From positions 1 to 64,000 of IMG/VR virus record IMGVR_UViG_3300045391_004887: a DNA stretch of 64,000 bases; one strand, 5' to 3'. The DNA is from a virus. The position numbers and the translations under genes were made by a program. The first letter of the stretch is position 1. Every line of letters begins with the position of its first letter. Below the pieces are notes generated by a model. The model did no database searches, was not told the DNA's origin, and saw only the letters and a program-made list of their open reading frames with translations. Below, piece by piece: positions 25,505-34,430 of this stretch.

Positions 25505-26710
25505 TCAGCTCGTGAAGCCGGGGACGTTGTGCACGATCTTGACGACGCCCGGCTTGGTGCCGCCCCGACGACGACGGTACCGGTGCGCCACGTGGTACAT
25601 GTGCATCGCTGCCACGTCGTTGTGCTTGAGGATGTCCTTGTCGGTCTCGAGGCCCATGTTCGCGGCCGAGTACCAGAAGGTCATCGCGCCGCGCTGCAGG
25701 ATCAGCGAGCTCGCCTTCAGGATCGCGTTGGCCGTCCACACGTTGTCGGTGGCCGCCGCCGCGTTCGCGATCGTTGCCGTCAGGCCGGAGTCTCCGTTCA
25801 TGCCCACGGTCGAGTCGGCGCTGGGGTCGAGCAGGGCCACGGAAGCCGCGCTCAGGATGTCGCCCGAGTAGGTGTTGCCACCATCGGTGGAGAACTGGAT
25901 CTTGAAGGTGCCGCGCGCGCCCGCCAGGGTGCACTTGATCTTCAGGTTCCACGCGCCCTTCGGCGTGCCGCTCAGGGTGATGGTCGGCGGGGTGGTGCCG
26001 GCCGCGGTGACCGCGCTCATGCTCGAGCCGGTCAGCGTCGCGCGAGCGCTCTGGACCAGGGGGATGCCCTGGAAGCGCGGAACCTGCGAGTTCTGCATCG
26101 AGCCGCCCTCGACGAGCAGCGGATGGCCATCGGCATCGCGCAGCTTGCGCAGGCCTGCCATCGTGCGCGGGTGGACGATCATGCCGACGATGTCGTCATC
26201 CTCGTCTTCCCAGATCGCGCGCGCGTCCGTGATCAGGTCCCAGTCCAGATACGCCGGCACGGTGGCGCTGTACACGTCCTTCACGAGCGGGGTTCCCGCC
26301 GCCGCGGTGTTCATCAGGTCGCCCATGCGCCGATTCGCCGCGACCTTGATCTGGTTCGTGCACTCGACGTAGGGGTCTTCCGGACCGCTGCCGCGCGCCC
26401 AGCGAGTCACTTCGAAGGCGAGGCTCGAGCGGGCAACGGTGCCCTTCTCGTTGGTCATGCTCAGCGGCTGCGGCGTGACCGCGGTGTTCTCCGGGTTGTC
26501 GACGAAGTCGCCGATCGTGCCGAAGTACGGAACCGTGATCTGATCGTCGATGGCGTCGCGACCGCGCGGCATCTCCGCGTTGATCACGACCGCGCCGCTG
26601 CTCACGAGCGGCGATTCCATGAACACGTTCTTGCCCGCGAACTCGCCGCGGACGGTGTCCTCGAGTACCTGGATGTCGAAGTCCCGACTGTCCGTGGTCG
26701 TTGCAGTCAT
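25505..26710 (-). CDS. Major capsid protein (HK97-fold type, 401 aa)
   Basis: Follows the protease-scaffold gene. The size, abundant-protein composition and AAGGGA SD fit. A Thr/Ser/Gly-rich ~100-aa central stretch (…TITLSGTPKGAWNLKIKCTLAGARGTFKIQFSTDGGNTYSG…) looks like an inserted domain. Confidence 0.8.
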   Translation of the reverse strand: MTATTTDSRDFDIQVLEDTVRGEFAGKNVFMESPLVSSGAVVINAEMPRGRDAIDDQITVPYFGTIGDFVDNPENTAVTPQPLSMTNEKGTVARSSLAFEVTRWARGSGPEDPYVECTNQIKVAANRRMGDLMNTAAAGTPLVKDVYSATVPAYLDWDLITDARAIWEDEDDDIVGMIVHPRTMAGLRKLRDADGHPLLVEGGSMQNSQVPRFQGIPLVQSARATLTGSSMSAVTAAGTTPPTITLSGTPKGAWNLKIKCTLAGARGTFKIQFSTDGGNTYSGDILSAASVALLDPSADSTVGMNGDSGLTATIANAAAATDNVWTANAILKASSLILQRGAMTFWYSAANMGLETDKDILKHNDVAAMHMYHVAHRYRRRRGGTKPGVVKIVHNVPGFTS

Positions 26711-26820
26711 TGCTGTTTCCCTTTGCTGGTGTTGCCGAAGTCCGCGGGCAGACCGCGGCGTGACTCGGGGCGCAGCTGTGCCGCTGCGCTGGCGGCGCGC
26801 GTGCGCGCGCGTGCAGAGCG

Positions 26821-26870
26821 CTGAAAAGCGGCGAGCCGGCGGAGCGGTGCTCTACGCCGGCTGTTGCCGC
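26821..26870 (-). terminator. Intrinsic-terminator-like hairpin between the protease-scaffold and capsid genes
   Basis: Minus-strand RNA is GCGGC-AAC-AGCCGGCG-UA-GAGC-ACC-GCUC-CGCCGGCU-C-GCCGC followed by UUUUCAG. Confidence 0.5.
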
Positions 26871-26891
26871 GCTATGTCGTGATGCTGGTGA

Positions 26892-28394
26892 TCAGGCCGC
26901 GAGCGCTTCGCTGCGCATCGCGTTGTAGAGCTCGATGTCAGCCTTCTTGAGCGCGGCGCGCTCGCTCGGCTTGAGATCGCCCCACTTCTTGCCGTTCCAC
27001 TCCATGGTGGGCTCGGTCTTCGCGGTGCTCGAGCTCGAGCTGCCCGAGCCAGGGGTCTTCGGCTGGTTGATCGCGGCGGGGACCGCGCGCGGCGCCTGGT
27101 TCACGAACGCCTCGAGATCGGCGAGCGTGAGGCTCTTGAGCGTCTCGACCGTCGCCGGCGTCAGCTTGCCTTCGTCGATGCCGCGCTTGATGACCGCGGC
27201 GCGCTTCTCCTGCTCGGCCGCCTTGTCGTCCTCGGCCTTCTTGGCGACGAGCTCTTCGTGCGCCTTCTTGGTGGCCAGGAGTCCCTTGACGGCGCCGAGC
27301 AACCCTTCGCCCTTGACGCCGATTTCGGCTTCGAGCTCTTCGAGCCGGCCCTCGGCCGTCTTCACGCGCGCTTCAGCTTCCTTCTGCGCGGTCGCGGCCT
27401 TGTCGGTCTCGACCTTGGCAGCGGCCTCCGCGGTGCGCACGCGGTCTGCGAGCGCGACGATGCCTGCTTCGAACGCCTCGTCCGAGGAGGCTTCCGCGAG
27501 ACCCAGCGTCTGTGCGAGCAGCTTCTTGTTCATGGTGCTCTCCTGCCCGACCGCTTCGGTGGGCGTCTGTGGAGCGGTCGGCTCCGATTCACTTTCGGCG
27601 CGCGAACCGCGATTGCTCGCCGGCGTGCGCTGCGCCACGTACCCGTCGATCATCCCGCGCTTGCGCGCGTCGGCCGCCATGAGCGTTGCGCCGCGGCCGA
27701 AGTCTGCGTTCACCTCGGCAGCCGTGACCGGCTTGCCGGCGGCGCTGCGGCCGCGCGCGATCGCCTCCGAGAACCACGCGTTGGTCGCGTCCAGGTAGCG
27801 CACGATCGAGGCCTTGCCGGCGTCGGTCGTCGGATCGGGACGCTTCTCGGGCGAGTCGGTGTTGGTGAGCGTGACCTCGTGCTCGGGGTCGACGTAGTAC
27901 ATCACCGCGACGCCGAGGCACCCGAACTCGGAGGCCTCGTTGATCGCCTCGATGCGGTCGCAAGCCGCGGCCAGCGCGTACGCCGCCGACAGCGCGCACG
28001 ACGCGCGAGCGATCACGGGCTTGGCGGTCGCCTCGATCGCCTTCACGGTCTCCAGCAGGCCCGAGACGTATCCGCCAGGGCTGTCGATGTTGAGGATGAT
28101 GCGCTTGACGTTCGGATCGGCATCGGCGAGCGCGAGCGCGGCGCGGATGTCGTCGTACGTGCAGTAGCCGGAGCTGTAGTAGTACGAGAGGAACATCTCG
28201 CGGCGCTTGCTCAGCGTGCCGCAGACGATGATCTCGGCCTCGTTGCCGGCGATGCGCAGGTTGCGCGGAGCGCCGTCGAGCGCAGCTGCCTCGCGCTCGG
28301 ACCACGCTGCGAGATCGGCCGCGGTCGGCGCCCAGTTGCGGCGCGCTTCGGTGAGCTCGCGCAGGACGCTCTCTGCAAGAAGCACAGCGCTCAT
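26892..28394 (-). CDS. Prohead protease (S49/ClpP-type) fused to a coiled-coil scaffold domain (500 aa)
   Basis: ILNIDSPGG and …ASCALSAAYALAAACD… protease motifs in the N-terminal half. The C-terminal half is helical and E/K/A-rich. An in-frame internal MNKKLLAQTLG… lies after the linker. Confidence 0.85.
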   Translation of the reverse strand: MSAVLLAESVLRELTEARRNWAPTAADLAAWSEREAAALDGAPRNLRIAGNEAEIIVCGTLSKRREMFLSYYYSSGYCTYDDIRAALALADADPNVKRIILNIDSPGGYVSGLLETVKAIEATAKPVIARASCALSAAYALAAACDRIEAINEASEFGCLGVAVMYYVDPEHEVTLTNTDSPEKRPDPTTDAGKASIVRYLDATNAWFSEAIARGRSAAGKPVTAAEVNADFGRGATLMAADARKRGMIDGYVAQRTPASNRGSRAESESEPTAPQTPTEAVGQESTMNKKLLAQTLGLAEASSDEAFEAGIVALADRVRTAEAAAKVETDKAATAQKEAEARVKTAEGRLEELEAEIGVKGEGLLGAVKGLLATKKAHEELVAKKAEDDKAAEQEKRAAVIKRGIDEGKLTPATVETLKSLTLADLEAFVNQAPRAVPAAINQPKTPGSGSSSSSTAKTEPTMEWNGKKWGDLKPSERAALKKADIELYNAMRSEALAA

Positions 28395-28506
28395 GGATGG
28401 ATGTCCCCGTCGCGCTCGGGCTCCGGAGAGCAGCGCCGTCGAAGGTGGAAAGGGAGATGCGCGCTAGCCGCGTGGGTGGGTGTGAACGGCTAGCGCGCGA
28501 TCAGGA

Positions 28507-28582
28507 TGGTTGCGCAGGCTGGGATCGAACCAGCGACCTGCGGATTATGAGTCCGCCGTGCAAACCACTACACCACTGCGCG
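28507..28582 (-). tRNA. tRNA-Met (anticodon CAT), 76 nt with encoded CCA and an initiator-like C1.A72 mismatch
   Basis: CGCGCAG TG GTGT AGTGGTTT GCAC G GCGGA CTCATAA TCCGC AGGTC GCTGG TTCGATC CCAGC CTGCGCA A CCA. This is a full cloverleaf. The 5' end lies 1 nt after the stop of 28583..28891. Confidence 0.85.
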
Positions 28583-28891
28583 TCAGGCGACTTCGTCTTC
28601 GCCGATCGGCTCGCGCGGATCGGGCGGCACTTCCGTAATGCCATCGGGCCGCTCGGTCATGCGGATGCTGAACTCGCGCCGGTAGGGGCGGTTCATCTCC
28701 TGCTTGAGCCAGGCATCGAACAGCATCGGGTCGGCGCGGTCGAGCCACTGACCGCCGCCGGGTCCGGGGTACAGCTGGACGCCGCACCTGTGTTGGACCA
28801 GGTCAGCGCGGAGCTCTTGCGCGAACAGCGACGCGCCTTCGATCTTGCCGCCGAGCTCGGCGGTGGTGCCGTCGCTGAAGCGCCAGATCAT
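28583..28891 (-). CDS. Small hypothetical protein (102 aa) coupled to the MuF-HExxH gene
   Basis: Start trimmed to ATG 28891..28889 (ATGA overlap): MIWRFSDGTTAELGGKIEGASLFAQELRADLVQHRCGVQLYPGPGGGQWLDRADPMLFDAWLKQEM... Confidence 0.6.
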   Translation of the reverse strand: MIWRFSDGTTAELGGKIEGASLFAQELRADLVQHRCGVQLYPGPGGGQWLDRADPMLFDAWLKQEMNRPYRREFSIRMTERPDGITEVPPDPREPIGEDEVA

Positions 28892-30390
28892 GGCCCCGCC
28901 AGCTGTCCGAGCAGGAACAGGAAGTGCTCGTGGTCCACCTGCATCAGCTTCGTAAGCTGTCCCCAATGGGCTTCGTTCGCAACGAACAGCTCCATCGCCA
29001 TGGACGTAATCTCGGTGCCGAACTGCACCCCGGACGCATCCAGATATCGGCGGCCGATGTAGGGCTCGATGAAGCTGTCCTCCCAGGCGGTGTAAGGCTG
29101 CCGCAACGTGCCGTAAGTCTTGGGCTTGGCGTTGCCGGCCCGGCTCTTCAGGAACGCGCGCGCCCGATCGAGTAGCTTCGGGTTCAGCGCTTCGAGCGTG
29201 TGAGCCAGCTCATGCTCTAAGGTGCCGGTCTCGGAAGCGAGGTACTTGACCTGCTTGGTGACGTGGTTGGCGCTGCTGATGCCGCTCCGGATGACGGTGA
29301 AGGTCCAGTCGTCGCCCGGTGTGACCACGCTCTTGCCGGTCACCTTGCTCAGCAGGTCGAGTGCGTCCTTGCCGCCCTTGAGGCGCGCGAGCTGCTTGTG
29401 CTCGACGGCGGTACGTGTGCCGATCATCTGCAGGTGGCCCGCGGTCGCCGCAGCCGCCTTGCGGAGCGGGTCGAGTTCGCCGGCCTGCGAGCGGATCGTG
29501 AGCGCGGCGTCGGCGTCCTGCAGCGCGTCGAGCATCGCAGTCGCGCCAGGGGTGTTGAGCTCCTTCAGCTGCGCGCGCGCCTGTTCGACGGTCATGTCGA
29601 GCCCGCGCTCGAGCGCTGCCCTGCCGTGGGCCAGCGACGGTGCCGCGTCGCCGTACTTCGCGCGGTAGGTCGGCTCCCAGTGCTTGGCCGTGTGCTCTTT
29701 GGGTGTGCGCGGCTTTCGCGTACGGGTACCGGTCGTCGCCTTGGCGTTGATCGCCTTGTTCAGCGAGGGATCGAAGTCCTTGGGGTTAGGCTTCCATCCC
29801 GGACCGCCCGGCGCCGAGCCCCATCCGGACTCAGGCGAGGTCGTGGGCGGGTTGGTCGTGACGCCGCGCTTCTCGGCTTCGGCGCGGCGCAGGTTCCGAA
29901 TTCCGGACCTGCATCGATGGTGAATCGGAGGAATTCGGGTCAGCCACCAAGGATCGCTCGCGGGAAGCAACGTACCGTTGTACGTGGAACATATTACAGT
30001 CGTGCGAGCATCCAAAACGGCGTCAAATAGCCACCACGGCCTGAGCTTGAGCGTGTTCGGCTCTCGCATCTGCGCCCAGCGACCAGCGTTGTACGACCGC
30101 TGGACCGCGTTGCGGAACACCGTTTCCGAGTGCGCTGGGTTGCTCAGGTTCGCGAGCATCGCCTTGCGGAAGTCTTCGAACGGCGTGCCCTTCTCGATCG
30201 CGGTGCTGATCGCGTTGTGCACGCGCTGCACCTGCTCGATGGTCAGCCCGCCGCCGACCCAGAACGCTTCCTGCTTGAGCTTGTCGTCGAGAGCGCGCGC
30301 GGTCGCCGCGGTCATCACCGTGCGCTTCTGGAACCAGGTCAGCGCCTCGTCGTACCGATCGACGTCGGCGGTGACCCCGATGGTCGGCAC
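28888..30390 (-). CDS. Head morphogenesis protein, MuF / SPP1 gp7 family, fused to a C-terminal HExxH (zincin-like) domain (500 aa)
   Basis: The N-terminal half has MuF-type motifs (…FRNAVQRSYNAGRWAQM…DARTTVICSTYNGTLLP…PPIHHRCRSG…). The C-terminal half carries …ETGTLEHELAHTLEALNP… plus downstream GTEITSMAMELF. Confidence 0.8.
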   Translation of the reverse strand: MPTIGVTADVDRYDEALTWFQKRTVMTAATARALDDKLKQEAFWVGGGLTIEQVQRVHNAISTAIEKGTPFEDFRKAMLANLSNPAHSETVFRNAVQRSYNAGRWAQMREPNTLKLRPWWLFDAVLDARTTVICSTYNGTLLPASDPWWLTRIPPIHHRCRSGIRNLRRAEAEKRGVTTNPPTTSPESGWGSAPGGPGWKPNPKDFDPSLNKAINAKATTGTRTRKPRTPKEHTAKHWEPTYRAKYGDAAPSLAHGRAALERGLDMTVEQARAQLKELNTPGATAMLDALQDADAALTIRSQAGELDPLRKAAAATAGHLQMIGTRTAVEHKQLARLKGGKDALDLLSKVTGKSVVTPGDDWTFTVIRSGISSANHVTKQVKYLASETGTLEHELAHTLEALNPKLLDRARAFLKSRAGNAKPKTYGTLRQPYTAWEDSFIEPYIGRRYLDASGVQFGTEITSMAMELFVANEAHWGQLTKLMQVDHEHFLFLLGQLAGP

Positions 30391-30394
30391 AGGA

Positions 30395-32116
30395 CTACGC
30401 GTCCGCGGTGACCGCGTGCCGGCCGGTGAACTCCCCGAGCGCCATCACGCGGTAGACGAGCTCGTTGACCTCGGTCGCGTCGAGCTCGGGAGCGAGCACC
30501 TTGAGCCGTTCGCGCAGGTCCTCGTAGCTGGTCGCGGCCTTCAGCGCTTCGCCGATCGCTGTGATCGTCGGCTCGAGCGCGGCGTCGGCCTTCTTCTTCG
30601 CGAACTCGACGATCGCGTCCGCGTAGAGCTGGCCGGCGACGAAGCCGGGGTTCTCGCTGACCGGTGCGCCCGATGCGAGCACGGCGTGAAAGCCGCCGTG
30701 CGCGAGCGCGCCCTTCTTCGGCGGCACCTTCGCGGGAGGCTTGGGCGCGTTCGGGTCGTTCGGATCGGGCACGGGATCCGGCGGCAGGTCTTCCTTCGGC
30801 TTCACCTTGATCTTCAACCCGTGCTTCTCGGCGATCTCGGCCGCGTTGACGACCTCGAAGCCTGCGTCCTGCACCGCCTTCATCGCGTCGCCGAAAGCCT
30901 TCTGCCCATCGGCCTCGGCCTTGGTGTCTTCCGGCGGCTCCGTGTCCCAGAGCGGCCACGGCGCGATCGTCGATGCGCCGAAGTTGAACTGCGCCCAGTG
31001 CGTCAGCGCCTGATCGTGCAAGCACGTCGCTGCCGTCGAGCTGACGTTGCGGATGACGCGGTCTTCGACCCGCTCGTGCACCGACGCAGCAGCGTGGCTG
31101 CCGCCCTGAACCTCGCTCGTGAGGTTCTGACCTTGGATCGCGATGTCGATCGCGGTGTTCGACGCTTCGATCTGCCCGTTGTAGTTGCGGGCCGTATTGG
31201 CCATCTGCTCGACGACCTTCATCTCGAAGCCGTTCGGCAGCACGATCACGCCGCCTGCCTGCGACAGCGCATACATGTCGTCGCTCAGCTTCTTGCGCTG
31301 GCTCGCGTTCGTCTCGAGGTCATTGCTCTCCCGCGGGGTCGCGACGAGAGCGGCGCCGACTGCGCCGGTGCGACCCCAGTCGCTGATCGCGTAGCCCTTG
31401 AGCAGCCACCAACGCGAAAGGCCACGCCACTGCCCGTACGCCCACGGCCGATACGAGCCGTAGGGCATGTACGCAATCCACTGCCCGTCACCGGCGTTGA
31501 CCGGCAGCTCGCTGCCGGTGTCCGTGCGAACGAACCACTGACGCTTCTGCCAGTCGTAGCGGAAGTGGCGGATGTCCCACGGCTCGAGCCGCGGCACGAT
31601 GCGCGTGAGGTGTGCCTGCCAGCGGAGCTGGCCCCACGACACGCCTGCGAGCCGGCCCGCAGTGAGGAACTGCTGCAGCTCGGACTCGGGGAACGCCGCC
31701 CACCAATCTTCGTCCGCTTCGAGCGCCTTGACCGCGCGGCCTCGCCGGCGGCCGTCGCCTGCTGCTTCGAAGGTGAGGTCGAGCGAGAGCAGTCCGCCGA
31801 CGGTGGTCTCATACGCCTTGCGGATGCGTTCGTCGGCAAGCAGCTGATCGCAGAGCTCGCCGAGCATCTGCATGTTGCCGCTGTCGGCAGTGCGCTCGGC
31901 AGTCTTCACGAGCTGAGGCGTCCACGTGCGCGCTGCGCGCACCGATGGCTGCTGCAGCGACGTGTTCGATCGCGCACGCTTCTCACTCGCGCTCGAATCG
32001 ATCGGTGCCGGCGCCGCAGCTGCGCTCGCGCGCGGCGGAACCGGCGCAGAAGCGCGAGCGCTTGGCCGCGGCTTGCGAATCGCTGCTGTGGCCATCGCGC
32101 TGGTTCCCTCGTTCAT
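30395..32116 (-). CDS. Portal protein (Mu gp29 / DUF935-like, 573 aa)
   Basis: Between terminase and MuF. ATGA overlap with the terminase stop. Sequence character fits Mu-type portals. Confidence 0.8.
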   Translation of the reverse strand: MNEGTSAMATAAIRKPRPSARASAPVPPRASAAAAPAPIDSSASEKRARSNTSLQQPSVRAARTWTPQLVKTAERTADSGNMQMLGELCDQLLADERIRKAYETTVGGLLSLDLTFEAAGDGRRRGRAVKALEADEDWWAAFPESELQQFLTAGRLAGVSWGQLRWQAHLTRIVPRLEPWDIRHFRYDWQKRQWFVRTDTGSELPVNAGDGQWIAYMPYGSYRPWAYGQWRGLSRWWLLKGYAISDWGRTGAVGAALVATPRESNDLETNASQRKKLSDDMYALSQAGGVIVLPNGFEMKVVEQMANTARNYNGQIEASNTAIDIAIQGQNLTSEVQGGSHAAASVHERVEDRVIRNVSSTAATCLHDQALTHWAQFNFGASTIAPWPLWDTEPPEDTKAEADGQKAFGDAMKAVQDAGFEVVNAAEIAEKHGLKIKVKPKEDLPPDPVPDPNDPNAPKPPAKVPPKKGALAHGGFHAVLASGAPVSENPGFVAGQLYADAIVEFAKKKADAALEPTITAIGEALKAATSYEDLRERLKVLAPELDATEVNELVYRVMALGEFTGRHAVTADA

Positions 32117-33486
32117 CGGCTCCAGCCGCGCCCACCGCTTCCCCTCGGCATCTCCAAGTCATCGTCACTCGCGACGCCTGGCCCGAGCATCAGGTAGGTC
32201 AGCACCCAGACGAGTGCATCGATGCGGTTCGGGCTCCAAGTCGTGACGCCCGGCTCCCACTGGCACATCTGATCTTCGAGCGCGCCGAACATGCCGACGT
32301 GGTGCACGCGCTTCTGCTCGTAGAAGCTCGCGATCGGCTCGGCGCGCACTTGCTTGCCGCGCGAGGCCCTCACCTGCTTGAACGGAATGCGCTTGTCGAC
32401 CGAGCGAACGTTGCTCTCGACCAGGTCGCCGCCGTTGTTCACCTCGCCGATGATCCGGTCGGCGTCGTGGGCGTTGTAGAGGGCGATCGCCGCCTTCGCC
32501 CACTGCTCGGGCGTCGGCTGCTCGATCGAGCCATCGGCGAGCACGTAGCCGTGCCCGTCCGTACCGAGCCCTGCAGCAACGATGCCGGTCTCGGCGCTCG
32601 CGGAATCGCTCGACACCGACGGGTCGATCGCGACCGCAACGCGCACGAGCTCGGGAAACTTGTGAACGCGCGTGTCTTCGATCAGGTCGCGCTTCCACAG
32701 CGCGCCCGGCGCGTCATCGAGGACTTCGGCCTCGAGCTCCTGACGCCCGATGCGCGTACCCTCGTACTTCTTGATGACCGTATCGAAGAACTGCGCAGCG
32801 AGGTTGCTGCGGTTCTCGTACGTCGTGCCCTTGGTCAGGTAGACGTAGGGCTTGTCGAGCGGCTTGGCGGCGAGCTGTGACGCCGCGATCAGCTCCTTCA
32901 GCAGCGGGATCGGCTTCGGCGTCGTGGTGAACACCGCGCGCGGGTTGGCACCCTTGCGCAGCCCCATCGCGAGCTGATCGAACGCGTCCGCGTAGCGCCA
33001 CTTCGCGATCTCGTCGCCCCACGCGCACGTGTGCTGTGGGCCACGAAGCTGATCCGGCTCTTCGGCCGAGTAGGTCGTTGCTCGAGCACCGTTCGGCCAC
33101 GTCAACCGGCGCTTGCTCGGCTCGTACTTCGGCTTGAACCATGGCGGAGCGCACTCGATTAGGCCGCTCTCGCCTTCGACCATCACGTCACGCGCGTCAG
33201 CGGAGGTCTCCCCCACAAGCGCGATGCGTTCTCGCGGATCGGCCTCGGCACGCGCTGTGATCCACTGCGCACCGAGCTTCGTCTTGCCGAAGCCTCGGCC
33301 AGCGACGACCAGCCAGTATCGCCACCACTGCCCGTCGGGCTCGATCTGCTTGGGCCGTGCCCAGAAGCTCCAGTCCCATTCAAGCGCACGAGCCTCGGCG
33401 TCCGTGAGCTCGGCGAAGAACTTCGCCCGCAGGTCGTCGTCGAGCGCGAGCTGCTCAGCGAGGCTGAGCTCGGCGATCGCGTTCAC
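32113..33486 (-). CDS. Terminase large subunit (457 aa)
   Basis: Walker A in LVVAGRGFGKTKLGAQW, with a downstream nuclease-type acidic half. GTGA overlap with the small subunit gene. Confidence 0.85.
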   Translation of the reverse strand: MNAIAELSLAEQLALDDDLRAKFFAELTDAEARALEWDWSFWARPKQIEPDGQWWRYWLVVAGRGFGKTKLGAQWITARAEADPRERIALVGETSADARDVMVEGESGLIECAPPWFKPKYEPSKRRLTWPNGARATTYSAEEPDQLRGPQHTCAWGDEIAKWRYADAFDQLAMGLRKGANPRAVFTTTPKPIPLLKELIAASQLAAKPLDKPYVYLTKGTTYENRSNLAAQFFDTVIKKYEGTRIGRQELEAEVLDDAPGALWKRDLIEDTRVHKFPELVRVAVAIDPSVSSDSASAETGIVAAGLGTDGHGYVLADGSIEQPTPEQWAKAAIALYNAHDADRIIGEVNNGGDLVESNVRSVDKRIPFKQVRASRGKQVRAEPIASFYEQKRVHHVGMFGALEDQMCQWEPGVTTWSPNRIDALVWVLTYLMLGPGVASDDDLEMPRGSGGRGWSR

Positions 33487-34034
33487 GACGCCGCTGGCGG
33501 CACCGAGCGCAAGCGCGTCTTGAGGTCATCGAGCTTGCGAGCGAGACCGGTCTTGGCCTCCGCGACCTCGATCGGACCACCGCCCGCGCCCGTGAGCTCG
33601 AGCCGGCTACCGGTCGCCGCGTCATGGCCTTCGAGCTTGGCGCGCCGCTCTTCGATCCGCACCAGCGTCCGCACGGCTTCGGGGTCCCCCTTCTGCACCT
33701 GCGGCCACATCGCCAGGTTCGCGGCGTCGAGCCGGCGAAGCGAGAGCTCGCGCGACTGCTCCATGCGCGTCTTGCTCTCGTCGGTCGCCCGCAACAGCAC
33801 CGCCTCGATGTCGCCGTGCACGGTCGCCAGGCTGCACCCGAGCTGCTCGGCGATCGCGCGGATCGAGTGCCCCTTGATGCGCAGATCGGTGACCTTCGCT
33901 CGCCGCTGCTCGACCTGCAGCTCGTGAGCCGAGGACTTCGGGGTGCGCTTGCGCTTGGGCTTCGGCGGCTTGCGCTTCGCCCGACGGGCGAGCGTGGTCC
34001 GGTGCGGCTCAGGGGTACTTCGTTCGAGGTCCAT
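33483..34034 (-). CDS. Terminase small subunit (HTH, 183 aa)
   Basis: Basic N-terminus, HTH …IKGHSIRAIAEQLGCSLATVHGDI…, helical oligomerisation-like C-terminus. Located immediately upstream of the large subunit. Confidence 0.7.
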   Translation of the reverse strand: MDLERSTPEPHRTTLARRAKRKPPKPKRKRTPKSSAHELQVEQRRAKVTDLRIKGHSIRAIAEQLGCSLATVHGDIEAVLLRATDESKTRMEQSRELSLRRLDAANLAMWPQVQKGDPEAVRTLVRIEERRAKLEGHDAATGSRLELTGAGGGPIEVAEAKTGLARKLDDLKTRLRSVPPAAS

Positions 34035-34043
34035 GATGTTCGC

Positions 34044-34271
34044 TCAGGCCGCGACTCCTACGATGCGCACTCCGGCGCGCCTGCGGTTGACCGCGATCTC
34101 GATGTCCCCCGGCTGCGGTCCGGCGTTCTGCCGGCGCTCCCACGACCGCAGTCGCTGCAGCTCGGCGAAGTCTTCTGCGCGGATGCGGGCGCACTCTGCG
34201 CAGCGGCACGACGGCGGATGTGGCGCGGTGATCGCCGCCGAGCACTCGGCAGCGGATGCTGTGTCGGACAA
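34044..34271 (-). CDS. Small hypothetical protein (75 aa)
   Basis: TTG start with AAGGA upstream. Contains CRCAEC. Confidence 0.45.
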   Translation of the reverse strand: MSDTASAAECSAAITAPHPPSCRCAECARIRAEDFAELQRLRSWERRQNAGPQPGDIEIAVNRRRAGVRIVGVAA

Positions 34272-34430
34272 CGGCGGAGATCCTTGCTTGGGGATGGGCG
34301 GGAGCGTTGGGATTGCTCCCCCTGCGCGGGCGCGCGCGTCTTCGCGTCAGCGCCTCACGAACCCCTCGTAGAGTAAGAGGCGAGGACTTTCCCGTTCCTG
34401 GTCGTAAATGGTCGCGCAATCGTACTTTGC

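Noticed and set aside
34272-34430. cos/pac site or late promoter in the 159-nt spacer upstream of the terminase block
   Set aside because: Apart from the shared 18-nt motif reported in the findings, I could not identify convincing -35/-10 elements, cos-like termini or repeated R-sites by eye.
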